This document shows positions 41,497 through 52,897 of a DNA stretch of 64,000 bases, one piece after another. The stretch covers positions 1,312,001 to 1,376,000 of the forward strand of contig OY781089.1 in the NCBI GenBank assembly GCA_963676565.1. Direction: 5' to 3'. Made by a program: the position numbers and the translations under genes. The stretch is from Halarcobacter sp. (GTDB lineage: Bacteria; Campylobacterota; Campylobacteria; Campylobacterales; Arcobacteraceae). Below the pieces are notes generated by a model. It did not search any database. It had not been told where the DNA came from and saw only the letters and a program-made list of their open reading frames with translations. Position 1 is the stretch's first letter. Each line of letters opens with the position of its first letter.

Positions 41497-41835
41497 CTAT
41501 ACCGTCCCTGTTGTACATATTTTTTGATTTCAAAGATGATTTTAGCAGAATATCGAGTAAATTTACTTAGAAGGTTAATTCAATTTTCTTTTAATGCTAA
41601 AATTATGTGTTATGGTAACATTTTGTTCATTTTTCCTCAATTAATCTAATACACAATATGTGTACAAATGAAACAAATTAAGATTCATTTTAGCATAAAT
41701 TTTAAATTTGTACAATTTTTGTACATGTATGTAAACTTTTGAGTATAAAACTATATAAACTTAACTTAACTAAGTGTTAGATATAATCTGCGATTTATAG
41801 AATTAAGAACAAAATACAATTTAAGGTATTAAACA

Positions 41836-44568
41836 ATGGATTACAAAGATAGTTTACTATTACCAAACACAAAATTCCCAATGAGAGGGAATTTACCTCA
41901 GAATGAACCAAAGAGATATGAGCTTTGGGATGAAAATCAAGTTTATAACAAAATGAAAGAAAATAGAAAGGGAAAACCTTCTTTTACACTTCATGATGGT
42001 CCTCCATATGCAAATGGTCATATTCATATTGGACATGCATTAAATAAAATCTTAAAAGATATAATTGTTAAGTACCACTATTTCAATGGTAAATCAGTTA
42101 GATATGTTCCAGGTTGGGATTGTCATGGACTTCCAATTGAACAAAAAGTTGAAGAGAAAATTGGATCAACTAAGAAAAAAGAGCTTCCTAAGTCTAAAAT
42201 TAGAGAGTTATGTAGAGAACACGCTTCAAGATTTATTGATATTCAAAGGGATGAGTTTAAAAAACTTGGAATTACGGGTGATTGGGAAAATCCTTATTTA
42301 ACTATGGATTTTAAATTTGAAGCAAATATTTATAGAGAACTTTGTGCTATTGCAAAACAAGGTTTATTGGTTCAAAGAAGTAAACCAGTTTATTGGTCTT
42401 GGGCAGCACAAACAGCACTTGCTGAAGCTGAAGTTGAGTATGAAGATAAAACTTCGCCATCTATTTATGTCGCTTTTAAACATGAAACTATAGATGCAAG
42501 TGTAATTATTTGGACAACTACACCTTGGACATTACCAGCAAATACAGGTATTTCACTAAATGGTGAAGAAGAGTATGTATTAACAAGTGATAAATTCATT
42601 GTTGCAAAAAAACTGTATAATCAATTAATTGAAAAAGAAGTAATAAAAGGTGAAATAGTTGAGTCTATTAATCCAAATGATTTAGAGAATACTCATGCAA
42701 TTAATCCATTAAATGGAAGAGAATCTAAAATTATTTTAGGTGAACATGTTGAAATGGATGCTGGTACTGGTGCAGTTCACACAGCTCCTGGTCATGGTGA
42801 GGATGACTATAAAGTTGGTCTTAGATATGGTTTAGATGTTATTATGCCTGTTGATGCAGAGGGTAAATATGATGAAACTATAGTTAGAGAAAAACTATTT
42901 AATGATACAGAAAAATATCTTGGAATGCATGTATTTAAAGCAAATGAGATGATTTTAGAAGAGTTAACAGCTAATGGATCTTTATTAAGTAAAACGGATA
43001 TTAGACACTCTTACCCACACTGTTGGAGAACTCATAAACCAATTATCTTTAGAGCAACAAAACAATGGTTTATCTCTATTGATGATGAGTATGGTGAGCA
43101 AAATAAAACTTTAAGACAAAATGCACTTGATGTAGTTAATAATTTAACTTTTTATCCTGAATGGGGAAGAAACAGACTTAAATCTATGCTTGAAGGAAGA
43201 CCTGATTGGTGTATCTCTAGACAAAGAGACTGGGGTGTTCCAATCGCTTTCTTTAGAAACAAAAAGACTGATGAGATTGTTTTTGATGAAAATGTATTAA
43301 ATTACACAGCTAAGATTTTTGAAGAAAAAGGTTGTGATGCTTGGTATGACTTATCAATTGAGGAATTATTAGATCCTCAAAGTGGATTAAACCCTGAAGA
43401 TTTAGAAAAAACTATGGATATCTTAGATGTATGGTTTGATTCTGGTTCTACTCAAAATGCAGTTTTAAGAAGTGGAAACTATGATGCTGGTACATTCCCT
43501 GCTGATATGTATTTAGAAGGAAGTGATCAACACAGAGGTTGGTTCCAATCTTCACTTTTAACAACTTTAGCTTCAAGTGAAGTAGCACCTTACAAATCGA
43601 TTTTAACACATGGATTCACTGTTGATGAAAAGGGTGAAAAAATGTCAAAATCAAAAGGAAATGTTGTTGCTCCTGAAAAAGTTATGAAGCAATATGGTTC
43701 TGAGATTTTAAGATTATGGGTTGCAATGAGTGATTATCAATCAGATTTAAAAATTTCTGATAATATCTTAAAACAAAATGCTGAGCTTTACAGAAAGATT
43801 AGAAATACAGCAAGATTCTTACTTGCAAATGTTAGTGATCTTGAAGAGATTGTATCAGTTGATAAAATGGGACCACTTGATAAATGGGTATTAAGTAAAG
43901 CTAAAAAGACTTTTGATGAGATTGAGAGTTCATTTGCTGTATATGAATATTCTAAGGGATTAAATAAATTAAACAATTTCTTAGTTGTAGATTTATCAGG
44001 TATCTATTTAGATGTTTGTAAAGATAGATTATATTGTGATGATAAAAATGATATTCATAGAATTGCATCTCAAAGTGCAATGGCAATTATTCTTAAAAAA
44101 TTAATATCTACTATTGCTTGTATATTAACTTATACAATGGATGAATTAATTGAATATGCTCCTTCATTTATTAAAGGTGATGCAAAAGATATTTTTGATT
44201 TTGATAGGGTTGAACTTCCTGAAGTTGAAAGCAATCTTAATGAAGAGATTTTATTATTAGCTAAAGAAAAGTTTAGTGAAGCTATTGATACACTTAAAAA
44301 AGATAAAGTTATTAAATCAACTTTAGAGTTAGAAATTTCTACTACTTCAAAAGATATTTTAGATTTAGAAAGAGTTGAGGCTGAAGATTGGTTCTTAGTT
44401 AGTTCTATCACAAGTGAATCGCAAGAAGATATTTTGGCAAGTTTTGAAATTGAAGATGTTAAGTTTACTGTTGCACGAGCAAAAGGTGCTAAGTGTCCAA
44501 GATGTTGGAAGTTTACTTCAAAAAGTGAAGAAGAACTTTGTTCAAGATGTGAAGAAGTAATAAACTAA
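41836..44568 (+). CDS. ileS: Isoleucyl-tRNA synthetase
   Basis: [25 protein letters not shown]-terminal Zn finger. Confidence 0.99.
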   Translation: MDYKDSLLLPNTKFPMRGNLPQNEPKRYELWDENQVYNKMKENRKGKPSFTLHDGPPYANGHIHIGHALNKILKDIIVKYHYFNGKSVRYVPGWDCHGLPIEQKVEEKIGSTKKKELPKSKIRELCREHASRFIDIQRDEFKKLGITGDWENPYLTMDFKFEANIYRELCAIAKQGLLVQRSKPVYWSWAAQTALAEAEVEYEDKTSPSIYVAFKHETIDASVIIWTTTPWTLPANTGISLNGEEEYVLTSDKFIVAKKLYNQLIEKEVIKGEIVESINPNDLENTHAINPLNGRESKIILGEHVEMDAGTGAVHTAPGHGEDDYKVGLRYGLDVIMPVDAEGKYDETIVREKLFNDTEKYLGMHVFKANEMILEELTANGSLLSKTDIRHSYPHCWRTHKPIIFRATKQWFISIDDEYGEQNKTLRQNALDVVNNLTFYPEWGRNRLKSMLEGRPDWCISRQRDWGVPIAFFRNKKTDEIVFDENVLNYTAKIFEEKGCDAWYDLSIEELLDPQSGLNPEDLEKTMDILDVWFDSGSTQNAVLRSGNYDAGTFPADMYLEGSDQHRGWFQSSLLTTLASSEVAPYKSILTHGFTVDEKGEKMSKSKGNVVAPEKVMKQYGSEILRLWVAMSDYQSDLKISDNILKQNAELYRKIRNTARFLLANVSDLEEIVSVDKMGPLDKWVLSKAKKTFDEIESSFAVYEYSKGLNKLNNFLVVDLSGIYLDVCKDRLYCDDKNDIHRIASQSAMAIILKKLISTIACILTYTMDELIEYAPSFIKGDAKDIFDFDRVELPEVESNLNEEILLLAKEKFSEAIDTLKKDKVIKSTLELEISTTSKDILDLERVEAEDWFLVSSITSESQEDILASFEIEDVKFTVARAKGAKCPRCWKFTSKSEEELCSRCEEVIN

Positions 44569-44569
44569 T

Positions 44570-44701
44570 ATGTTTGAACAAGAAGTTACATTAACATTTA
44601 TTTTTTCTACAATAGCAGTGATTTTAATTTTCACTGCTATTGGAATAGTTTATGTAAATAAGAAAGCAAAAGAGGTAAAAGAAAAAAATGATGCCATTTA
44701 G
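44570..44701 (+). CDS. 43-aa single-TM protein (not in the ORF track)
   Basis: MFEQEVTLTFIFSTIAVILIFTAIGIVYVNKKAKEVKEKNDAI*; starts 1 nt after the ileS stop and overlaps the nfu start. Confidence 0.6.
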   Translation: MFEQEVTLTFIFSTIAVILIFTAIGIVYVNKKAKEVKEKNDAI

Positions 44702-44966
44702 CGATGAAGACCTAAGACCACCAGTTACTTCTATAGTTGAGAAAAAAATAGCACCTATGCTAGCAAGAGATGGTGGGGCTATTCAACTTTTAGATATAAT
44801 TAATGGAAAAGTATTTATACAATTACAAGGTGCTTGCGTTGGTTGTAGTGCAAGTTCTAGTACTTTAAAATTTATAGTTGAAAAAGAATTAAAATCAGCA
44901 ATCCATCCTGAGTTGGAAATAGTAAATGTTCCTCAAGGAATGGAAAACAATTTACAGGAGCTTTAA
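44688..44966 (+). CDS. NifU/Nfu-type Fe-S carrier
   Basis: PMLARDGG, LQGACVGC. Confidence 0.9.
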   Translation: MMPFSDEDLRPPVTSIVEKKIAPMLARDGGAIQLLDIINGKVFIQLQGACVGCSASSSTLKFIVEKELKSAIHPELEIVNVPQGMENNLQEL

Positions 44967-45562
44967 TGATAAATGAGAGTAGATTATTGAATGAAGCAAA
45001 TTCATTTTTTCTAGAGAGGAAATTTGACAAGGCTTTATTTTTATATTCACAACTATCATCAAATTTTCCAAGCAATAAAGAATATCCAGTTTATGCCTTA
45101 TTCTGTGATATTGCAACTGAAGATGAAGAAAAAGCTTTGTCTTTATTTGACTATTTTAGTGTTGCTAAGGATGAAAATATTGAAGAAGCACTTTCTTATG
45201 TAGAAGATACAATTAATGCATATGATGGTGATGTAGATAAGATGATGGAAATCCTCTCAGACTTAACTAATTCTACAGTTGATAATTTAGATGCAATTAG
45301 ATATGAAGATTTTAAAAAATTGATTGAATCGCGAGGTTCTTTTAAAGTAGCTTTTGAAGATATTATGTTCTCTACAAAAGTTGCAATAGAATCAAAAGAG
45401 GATTTTTTTGATTTTGTTAATAGATTAATTGATAATGATTTTAATAGCACAGCATATTCATATTTGGATGGTTTCAATGAATACTTTGCATATGATACTA
45501 AAATTGAAGAGTTATATAAAAAATTAGAAGAGAAAAAATTTGCAACTAACCATAAACAATAA
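44966..45562 (+). CDS. Conserved hypothetical protein (TPR-like N-terminus) upstream of murE
   Basis: Translationally coupled ORF; FEDIMFSTK block. Confidence 0.7.
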   Translation: MINESRLLNEANSFFLERKFDKALFLYSQLSSNFPSNKEYPVYALFCDIATEDEEKALSLFDYFSVAKDENIEEALSYVEDTINAYDGDVDKMMEILSDLTNSTVDNLDAIRYEDFKKLIESRGSFKVAFEDIMFSTKVAIESKEDFFDFVNRLIDNDFNSTAYSYLDGFNEYFAYDTKIEELYKKLEEKKFATNHKQ

Positions 45563-46823
45563 GATTTACACTGATAATTCACAAGAGGTGGATGAATCAA
45601 AAATATTTGTCATCTCTAAACAAAATGAAAAGTTTATTGAATCTGCAAAACAAAATGGATGTAAAGAGTTTGTTGAAGCTAAAGATTTAAAAAATCATCT
45701 TGATATGAGTAGTATCAAAGTTATTGGTATAACTGGGACAAATGGAAAAACCACAACAGCAGCTGCTATATATTCAATACTTCTTGACCTTGGGTATAAA
45801 GTTGCTTTACAAGGAACTAGAGGGTTTTTCATAAATGATGAAAAAATGGAAGATTATACCCTTACGACGCCAGTTCAATTAGGAAACTTTGCACACATAA
45901 AAAAAGCTATAGATAATGCTTGTGAATATTTTGTAATGGAAGTAAGTTCCCATGCAATTGAGCAAAAAAGGATTGAAGGCTTAGAGTTTGAACTTAAAAT
46001 TCATACAAATATCACTAGAGATCATTTAGATTATCACAAAAGTATTGAAGAGTATATCAATGTAAAGAACTCTTTTTTAAGTGATGAAACAAAAAAACTT
46101 ATTAATAAAGATGACCCAGTGGTTAAGTTTAATCCTAAAAATGGATACTCTTACGGTATGGAAAATCCATCAACATATAATGTATCAGCTTACTCATTTA
46201 AAAATGGTATGAATGTAATGTTTTCAAAAATTGAGGATATGTACTCATTTTCATCTCCTATGATGGGTATTTTCAATATTTACAATCTTTTAGCTGCAGT
46301 TGCTGCAGTTGATATTGTAAGTGAAAATAAACTTGAAGAGATTTGTGAAGTAGTTGATAACTTTGCAGGTGTAAGTGGAAGAATGGAAACTATAAGTGAA
46401 GAGCCTTTTGTTATTGTTGATTTCGCACACACTCCCGATGGTATGAAAGAGGTTTTACAAAGTTTTAATCATAAAGATATCATTGTAGTTTTTGGAGCAG
46501 GTGGAGATAGAGATCAAGAAAAAAGACCTCTTATGGGACAAGTAGCTTCTAATTTTGCAAAAACTATTATCGTAACAAGTGATAATCCTAGATTTGAAGA
46601 TCCTGATTTGATTATTGAAGATATTTGTAAGGGAATTAAAAATAAAGATAATCTAATAATTGAAATAAACAGAAAAGAAGCTATTAGAAAAGCTATAGAT
46701 TTAGGAAAAGAAAACTCTAATAGTGTAGTTTTAATTTTAGGAAAAGGTGATGAACCTTATCAAATAATTTATGATAAAAAGTTCTCCCTTATTGATAAAG
46801 AAGAGGTTTTAAAGCATATCTAA
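45540..46823 (+). CDS. murE: UDP-MurNAc-tripeptide synthetase (DAP-adding)
   Basis: GITGTNGKTT, MEVSSH, DFAHTPD, DNPR, GKG.E. Confidence 0.96.
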   Translation: MQLTINNKIYTDNSQEVDESKIFVISKQNEKFIESAKQNGCKEFVEAKDLKNHLDMSSIKVIGITGTNGKTTTAAAIYSILLDLGYKVALQGTRGFFINDEKMEDYTLTTPVQLGNFAHIKKAIDNACEYFVMEVSSHAIEQKRIEGLEFELKIHTNITRDHLDYHKSIEEYINVKNSFLSDETKKLINKDDPVVKFNPKNGYSYGMENPSTYNVSAYSFKNGMNVMFSKIEDMYSFSSPMMGIFNIYNLLAAVAAVDIVSENKLEEICEVVDNFAGVSGRMETISEEPFVIVDFAHTPDGMKEVLQSFNHKDIIVVFGAGGDRDQEKRPLMGQVASNFAKTIIVTSDNPRFEDPDLIIEDICKGIKNKDNLIIEINRKEAIRKAIDLGKENSNSVVLILGKGDEPYQIIYDKKFSLIDKEEVLKHI

Positions 46824-47773
46824 TGGTATGCTCTTATTAAAACCCCTTTATTATTTTCTTTAGATTTTACATAATAGTTTGTCGGGGTTAAAACTATATC
46901 TTCCCCTAGAATATCTTTTATTTTCCAAGATACTTCAAGAACTCTTTGTCTAGAAAGTCCCCTTAACATATACTCTTTTACCTTTTCAACATAGTTCTTG
47001 TCATTATTGTTTAAAACTTTTTTCATACCTTCAAATAATTGATTATCATCTTTTGCCATTACTGGGATTACTTCAAATCTAATCGCATCTTTATTTTTAT
47101 CTAAAAAAGGTTTAAGTTGCTTTAGGCATGATTCATCAGGTTTAGTATTAGCAGCCTTAAAATCGTAACATTTTAAGGTATTAAATTTTAACGAATTATA
47201 GAATTTCTTGAAATTTCCTTTTTCTAGGATAACTTCTTTTTCAACTATTTGTTTTTGAACAACTGTTTTTACAATCTCTTTTGGCTCTTTAATATTTTCC
47301 ACAATAGTTTTAGAGTCATCCTCTTTTTCAGCTTTTTTTTCAATTTCATCACCAAGTTCTTTTACAACTTTATCAAGTTCTTCTTTTACAACTTGCTTGA
47401 TTTCATTTGATTTTGGTTCTTGTGTGTCAGCAGTTTCTACATTGATTGTTTTTGTATTGAAGTTATCACTTGTAAATAAATATATTGTTAATATTAAAAG
47501 TAAAGCTGCAACAATAGAAACTAAATAAAGTAAAAGATTTGATTCTTTCTCTTCATCATGCTCTTTATCTTTTATAAAAGGTATTTTTACCTCTTCTTTA
47601 GTTTCATTCTCTTCTTTTTTATGTGCCTCTTTTTCATCAGAATCTTTTTCTTTTGTATTATTCTTTTCTTCTTTTATATTTTTTGTTTCTTCTTCTAACT
47701 TTTTTTGAATATCTTCTGTACTTAAAGTTTTTGTTAAAGCCTCTTTTAACTGTTCTTCTTTATTTTTTTGCAT
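46820..47773 (-). CDS. Single-TM hypothetical protein, paralogue of 47788..48570
   Basis: Charged N-terminus, TM, C-terminal LKCY..RFEVIPV..GLSRQRV..YYVKSK. Confidence 0.7.
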   Translation of the reverse strand: MQKNKEEQLKEALTKTLSTEDIQKKLEEETKNIKEEKNNTKEKDSDEKEAHKKEENETKEEVKIPFIKDKEHDEEKESNLLLYLVSIVAALLLILTIYLFTSDNFNTKTINVETADTQEPKSNEIKQVVKEELDKVVKELGDEIEKKAEKEDDSKTIVENIKEPKEIVKTVVQKQIVEKEVILEKGNFKKFYNSLKFNTLKCYDFKAANTKPDESCLKQLKPFLDKNKDAIRFEVIPVMAKDDNQLFEGMKKVLNNNDKNYVEKVKEYMLRGLSRQRVLEVSWKIKDILGEDIVLTPTNYYVKSKENNKGVLIRAYH

Positions 47774-47787
47774 TAATTATCCTATTA

Positions 47788-48570
47788 CTAATAATAAGCC
47801 TTTAATATAAATCCACTATTGTCTTGTTTTGATTTTACATAATAGCTATTTGAAGTCAATATTATATCATTTCCTAAAATTTTTTTCATTTCCCATAAAA
47901 GTTCAGAAACTCTTTTTATAGATACACCATTTAGTAGTAGGTCTTGAGTGTTTTCGTCAAATTTTTCAAAGGCTTTTATATCCTTTGAACTTAAAACAGG
48001 AATAACTTGAAATCTTAAGGCTTTTTGGTTTTCATTTAAAAACTCTTTAAATTTAGTAGAACAATTATTTGGAATAGTTGTTGATGCACTTTCATATTCA
48101 TAACATTTTAAAATTTGCGAGTTTTCACTAAAATAAAGTTGTTTAAAATTTTTAGCTTCAACTTTTGTTACAGAGACATTTTGTTGAGTATTGTTAAGTT
48201 TTTCAATTTTAAGTTTTAATTGTTTGTTCTCTTGTTTTAGTTTTTCTAAATCTTGAGTATCTTTGATTTCAACTTTTTTTTCTACAACTTTTATAGTTTG
48301 TTTTTTTGTTTTTAATTCATCAAGTTCTTTTTGGATTTTTTTATTATTTTCATTTAATACAAGATTTTCTTTTATGATTTTTTTGTACTTTTGTGTATCA
48401 CTTGGATTATTGTCTTTTTCATTTTTTATATTAAAATACATCACAGCAAAATAGACTGCTACAACTGCAAAAATTAATAGTAAGATAAAATTTAAAGGTG
48501 AACGGTTTTCTTCTACAGGGTCTTTATTTTCATTTAAAATTGAATTTAATTCTTTACTGATTTCTGCCAT
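47788..48570 (-). CDS. Single-TM coiled-coil hypothetical protein
   Basis: TM, coiled coil, LKCY..RFQVIPV..GVSIKRV..YYVKSK. Confidence 0.7.
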   Translation of the reverse strand: MAEISKELNSILNENKDPVEENRSPLNFILLLIFAVVAVYFAVMYFNIKNEKDNNPSDTQKYKKIIKENLVLNENNKKIQKELDELKTKKQTIKVVEKKVEIKDTQDLEKLKQENKQLKLKIEKLNNTQQNVSVTKVEAKNFKQLYFSENSQILKCYEYESASTTIPNNCSTKFKEFLNENQKALRFQVIPVLSSKDIKAFEKFDENTQDLLLNGVSIKRVSELLWEMKKILGNDIILTSNSYYVKSKQDNSGFILKAYY

Positions 48571-48571
48571 A

Positions 48572-49486
48572 TCATTGCCTATTTTTTAGATATATATAAA
48601 GTATCAATGAAATGATAGCAAAAAATAATGGAAAAAAGAATAAATAATTTTTCAATGTGATTTTATTGTTTTCAATTTTACTTTTTTCTAGGTTATCAAT
48701 CTCTTGGTATATTAGATTTAAATCCTCTTTAGAGTAAGCAATATATGATTTTCCATTTGTTTGTTCTGCAATAGTATTTAGCATAATTCTATTGGATCTT
48801 CCAATTCCAACTGTATAAACTTTTATTGAGTATTTTTTTAATAGTTTTACAATCACCTCTAAAGGTATTTTGCTTGAATTATCTTCTCCATCACTAAGTA
48901 AAATTATGATTTTTGATTTTGCTTTTGATGATTTTAATATTTTTGCTGAAGTTGCAAGGGAATCAAGTAAGGCTGTTTTGTCTCCAACAATCCCAACTTC
49001 TAAATAATCAATTATAGATTTTTGAGCTTCTTTATCAAAGCTTAATGGCGTTGCCATCATGACTGAACTTCCAAAAACTACAATGGCAACATTATCATTT
49101 GCCCTTTTAGGTAGGAAATCCTTTACAATATCTTTTACAACTGTAAATCTATTTTCATTTTGGTTATCTTTATTTAGTCCTAATTCTTTCATTGAGCCAC
49201 TTGTATCTAAACTTAGAACTATATCTATACCATCATTTTTTATGATTTGGGTATTTAATTGTTTATAGGGTGAACTAAGTGCTATAACAGAACCAATGAC
49301 AACAAAATATTTTAACAGATTTATTAATAAAACACTTTTATGTTTACTATTTTCAAAAATTGCTAAATGTGGAATTATATATGTAGGAATTTTTGCCTTA
49401 CAATATATTGAACAGATTATAAATAAAGGTATTAAAACCAAAAAGAAAGGAAATTCAAAACGTAAATCAGTAAATAAATCAAACAT
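48572..49486 (-). CDS. VWA domain protein (BatA-like)
   Basis: MIDAS DTSGSM, GDKTAL, LLSDGED; ATG at 49486 overlaps the upstream stop. Confidence 0.88.
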   Translation of the reverse strand: MFDLFTDLRFEFPFFLVLIPLFIICSIYCKAKIPTYIIPHLAIFENSKHKSVLLINLLKYFVVIGSVIALSSPYKQLNTQIIKNDGIDIVLSLDTSGSMKELGLNKDNQNENRFTVVKDIVKDFLPKRANDNVAIVVFGSSVMMATPLSFDKEAQKSIIDYLEVGIVGDKTALLDSLATSAKILKSSKAKSKIIILLSDGEDNSSKIPLEVIVKLLKKYSIKVYTVGIGRSNRIMLNTIAEQTNGKSYIAYSKEDLNLIYQEIDNLEKSKIENNKITLKNYLFFFPLFFAIISLILYIYLKNRQ

Positions 49487-49865
49487 CAACATTATCCATA
49501 AATCTACCAAATAGAATTTTTACTTCATCACTTAAAGGTTCAACCTCTTTTTTATATTTAAATGATTCTAACTCTTCAATAAGTTCACTTGATAGTTTCT
49601 TATCCCTTTGGCTAATTGCTAACAACCTTGCATACTTTGTAATAATATAGGCACTATTTTTTGAATCATTTAAATCTAATTTTTTTAAGATTTTATAATA
49701 GTGTTTCCTTTTATCTTTTTTTCTATATTTGAAATATTTAAAAAGTAAAAAAACTATTATACAAAATAAAATAACGCCTAAAATCCATAAGGTTAAATAT
49801 ATATACAATGAAAAATCTGGAATATCAACAAGTTGTTTTATATCATGTATTTCAATTTCATTCAT
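49479..49865 (-). CDS. Single-TM Bat-operon accessory protein (DUF4381-like)
   Basis: IHDIK...IPD then TM; sits between DUF58 and VWA. Confidence 0.65.
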   Translation of the reverse strand: MNEIEIHDIKQLVDIPDFSLYIYLTLWILGVILFCIIVFLLFKYFKYRKKDKRKHYYKILKKLDLNDSKNSAYIITKYARLLAISQRDKKLSSELIEELESFKYKKEVEPLSDEVKILFGRFMDNVDV

Positions 49866-50698
49866 TATTTCATTAACCTTAATAATTTAGGTAAAGGGTC
49901 TTCATTTGTATAGATTTTTACAAATTTTATCCCACATTTTTGAAAATGTTCATATAGAAGATGGTCATTATTTTTTATCTCTTTTTTATATTTTGATATT
50001 GTAGATTTATCTAATAATCCTTCAAATGTTTTATTTGTTGTTGGATCAATTAAATTTACATTTCCTAACTCAAAGGGATTTTCTTCAAAAGGGTCTCTTA
50101 GTATTATTGATATAATTTCATGCTTTCTACTTAAAACTCTTAAATCTAAATCTTTAATATTTAAAAAATCTCCAATCAAAAAAATGATAGATTTTTTTCT
50201 AATCTTTCTAAGAAGTTCACTACAAATATTTTTATAACTAAGATTTTGTCCTAAACTTGGATAATTAAATATCTTATCACACATTAAATCAACGGAAAAA
50301 TTTCTTTTTGATTTTTTTGTACAAAGTTGTAATTCTTCATTTGCTATAAAAGAGCTAAATGGGTCACTTTGTTTTACACATGAATATCCTAAAATTGCAC
50401 AAACCTCAGTTAATAAATCTTGTTTAAATCTTTTTGAGCCAAAATACATAGAACCATTTAAAATAGGGATAATATTTATATTTAACTCTTTTTGAGCATG
50501 GAAAACTTTTACATAAGGTTTTCTAAATTTAGCACTAATAACCCAATCGATTTTTTTTACATCTTCACCATATTCATACTCTTTTAATTCCATAAAGTCA
50601 TAACCTTCACCTTTTAATAAAGATGAGTTATTTCCAATAATTTCCGAAAAGATATTTCTTCTTGTTTTAATAAGTATTTTTTTTAGGTGATAGTTCAT
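49865..50698 (-). CDS. DUF58 domain protein
   Basis: GEGYDF.E.KEYEYGEDVKKIDW. Confidence 0.88.
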   Translation of the reverse strand: MNYHLKKILIKTRRNIFSEIIGNNSSLLKGEGYDFMELKEYEYGEDVKKIDWVISAKFRKPYVKVFHAQKELNINIIPILNGSMYFGSKRFKQDLLTEVCAILGYSCVKQSDPFSSFIANEELQLCTKKSKRNFSVDLMCDKIFNYPSLGQNLSYKNICSELLRKIRKKSIIFLIGDFLNIKDLDLRVLSRKHEIISIILRDPFEENPFELGNVNLIDPTTNKTFEGLLDKSTISKYKKEIKNNDHLLYEHFQKCGIKFVKIYTNEDPLPKLLRLMK

Positions 50699-50707
50699 AT
50701 ATTACTA

Positions 50708-51658
50708 TTATGGAATGTCAATTTTTTCTAAAATTTTTTGAATTAAATCATCAACTTTTATATCCATAGCTTCAGCTTCATAACTTAGGATTATTCTATG
50801 TCTTAAAACATTTTTAGCAACTAAAGCAATATCAATAGGGCTTACATAATCATTTCCTCTTATAAAAGCCATAGCTTTTACAGCTTTAAACATATCAATA
50901 GTTGCCCTTGGACTTGCTCCAAATTGAATATAATCTTTTATCTCTTCAAGTCCGTAATTTTCTGCTTCTCTTGTTGCACAAATAATATCAACTATATACT
51001 CTTCAAGCTCTTTATCTATATGAACTTTTAAAACCTCTTTTTTTAAATCCCTTAAAGTATTTTTATCAATAACCTTATTCATCTCAAGAATCTCATTTGA
51101 TGAAACCCTTTTTGCTATCTCATACTCTTCCTCTTTAGTATTGTATCCCACAACTATTTTAAACATAAATCTATCAAGTTGTGCCTCAGGTAAAGAGTAG
51201 GCTCCTTCTTGTTCTATAGGGTTTTGTGTTGCTAGTACTAAAAATGGTGCTTCAACTAAAAAAGTATCATCAGCAATTGTAACTTGTCTTTCTTGCATAA
51301 CTTCTAGTAGGGCAGATTGAACTTTTGCAGGAGCTCTATTTATCTCATCTGCAAGTAAAAGGTTAGTAAAAATTGGACCTCTTTTTATTTTAAATTCACC
51401 AGTTTTCATATCATAAATTTGAGCACCAATAATATCACTTGGTAATAAATCAGGTGTAAACTGAACCCTTTTAAAGTTTAAATCAATTACATTAGCCACT
51501 GTTTTAACTGTTGTTGTTTTAGCAAGTCCAGGAACACCTTCTAATAAAATATGACCATTTGTTAAAAGTCCAATTAATATGGCATCGACCATATCACCTT
51601 GACCAATTATTACTTTTGAAATCTCATTTTTTATATTTGAAATTATATTGTTATCCAT
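50708..51658 (-). CDS. moxR: MoxR AAA+ ATPase
   Basis: LLEGVPGLAKT, QFTPDLLPSD, DEINRAPAKVQSALL, LPEAQLDRF. Confidence 0.93.
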   Translation of the reverse strand: MDNNIISNIKNEISKVIIGQGDMVDAILIGLLTNGHILLEGVPGLAKTTTVKTVANVIDLNFKRVQFTPDLLPSDIIGAQIYDMKTGEFKIKRGPIFTNLLLADEINRAPAKVQSALLEVMQERQVTIADDTFLVEAPFLVLATQNPIEQEGAYSLPEAQLDRFMFKIVVGYNTKEEEYEIAKRVSSNEILEMNKVIDKNTLRDLKKEVLKVHIDKELEEYIVDIICATREAENYGLEEIKDYIQFGASPRATIDMFKAVKAMAFIRGNDYVSPIDIALVAKNVLRHRIILSYEAEAMDIKVDDLIQKILEKIDIP

Positions 51659-51893
51659 TAGTTCTCTTTTTTATTAATTGAGCGTATTTTATCGAAAGGA
51701 AAATTTAAAAGCAAAAAGATAAAAGTTTTTAAATAGCAATTTTAAAAGAGTGATTAAAAAGTAGACAAAAAATGTCCTATTTAATTTTATATAAGGTGTA
51801 TAATCAAAAAAATGATTAATAGGTTTTACTACTTCTAATAATTGTAGTATTCTCAATTGTTCTTAAAAAGAACCACCCCTTTAGGAGGATGAC

Positions 51894-52871
51894 ATGAATA
51901 GAATTTATGACATAGCTGTGATTGGTGCGGGACCTGCAGGAATTGCAACTTCATGTGAAGCAGTAATTTTTGGTTTGAAAAATATTTTAGTTTTAGAGAA
52001 AAGTGATAACCACTCAGATACTATTAGAAAATATTTTAATGATAATAAACCAGTTGATAAAGACTGGAAAGGGATTCAAGTAGACCTTAAGGGTCATATT
52101 GACTTTGAAGATGGAACTAAAGAGAGTACTTTAGATCTTTTTGATGATGCTTTAGAAAAAAATCTTATAAATGCACGATTTAATACTGAAGTTTCAAAGG
52201 TTAAAAAATATGGTAACTTGTATAAAGTTATTACTACAAACAAAGAGATGTATTTAGCAAAAAATATTGTTGTTTCAATTGGTAAGATGGCAAAACCTAA
52301 TAAACCAAGTTACAAAATACCATCAACTCTTAGAAAAAAAGCAAATCATACAATTGCAGATTGTAAAGGAAATGAAGAAGTTTTAGTTGTTGGTGGTGGA
52401 GATAGTGCCTGTGAATATGCATATTTTATTCATCAAGATAATATGGTTACATTTAATTACAGAAAAGAAAAGATAACTAAAGCAAATCCAAAAAACGTAA
52501 AAAATTTAATGAATTGTGCACAAGATGGTGAGATTAATCTGATGTTAGGAGTTGATATTGAAAAAGTTGAAGATGAAAATGGACAGTTCAAAGTGTTTTA
52601 TACAAATGGAGAGATTAAAAAATATGATAGGATAATTTATGCTTTAGGTGGAATGACACCAAAAGAGTTCTTGAAAAATTGTTGTGTCCTTTTAGATGAA
52701 CACGATAAACCAATTGTAGATGAACATAATTTAAACTCAGAAGGTATCTATTTAGCAGGTGACATTGCTGGGGATATTGGTGGCTCTATTGCTCTAGCAT
52801 TAAATCATGGATACAATATTATTAAAGATTGTGTTTATGAAGATGAAATACACCATGCAATAAGTGCATAA
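51894..52871 (+). CDS. NAD(P)/FAD-dependent oxidoreductase (TrxB-like, FqrB-type, no CxxC)
   Basis: GAGPAG, VGGGDSA, YLAGD; strong AGGAGG SD. Confidence 0.8.
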   Translation: MNRIYDIAVIGAGPAGIATSCEAVIFGLKNILVLEKSDNHSDTIRKYFNDNKPVDKDWKGIQVDLKGHIDFEDGTKESTLDLFDDALEKNLINARFNTEVSKVKKYGNLYKVITTNKEMYLAKNIVVSIGKMAKPNKPSYKIPSTLRKKANHTIADCKGNEEVLVVGGGDSACEYAYFIHQDNMVTFNYRKEKITKANPKNVKNLMNCAQDGEINLMLGVDIEKVEDENGQFKVFYTNGEIKKYDRIIYALGGMTPKEFLKNCCVLLDEHDKPIVDEHNLNSEGIYLAGDIAGDIGGSIALALNHGYNIIKDCVYEDEIHHAISA

Positions 52872-52875
52872 ACTT

Positions 52876-52896
52876 CACTATCCTTTAAGGATAGTG
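52876..52896. terminator. Hairpin between convergent genes
   Basis: CACTATCCT/AGGATAGTG. Confidence 0.6.
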
Positions 52897-52897
52897 T

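Noticed and set aside
51826..51893. Small hairpins upstream of the FAD oxidoreductase (TACTAC/GTAGTA, GTTCTT/AAGAAC)
   Set aside because: Short AT-rich stems with no recognisable motif; chance cannot be excluded.
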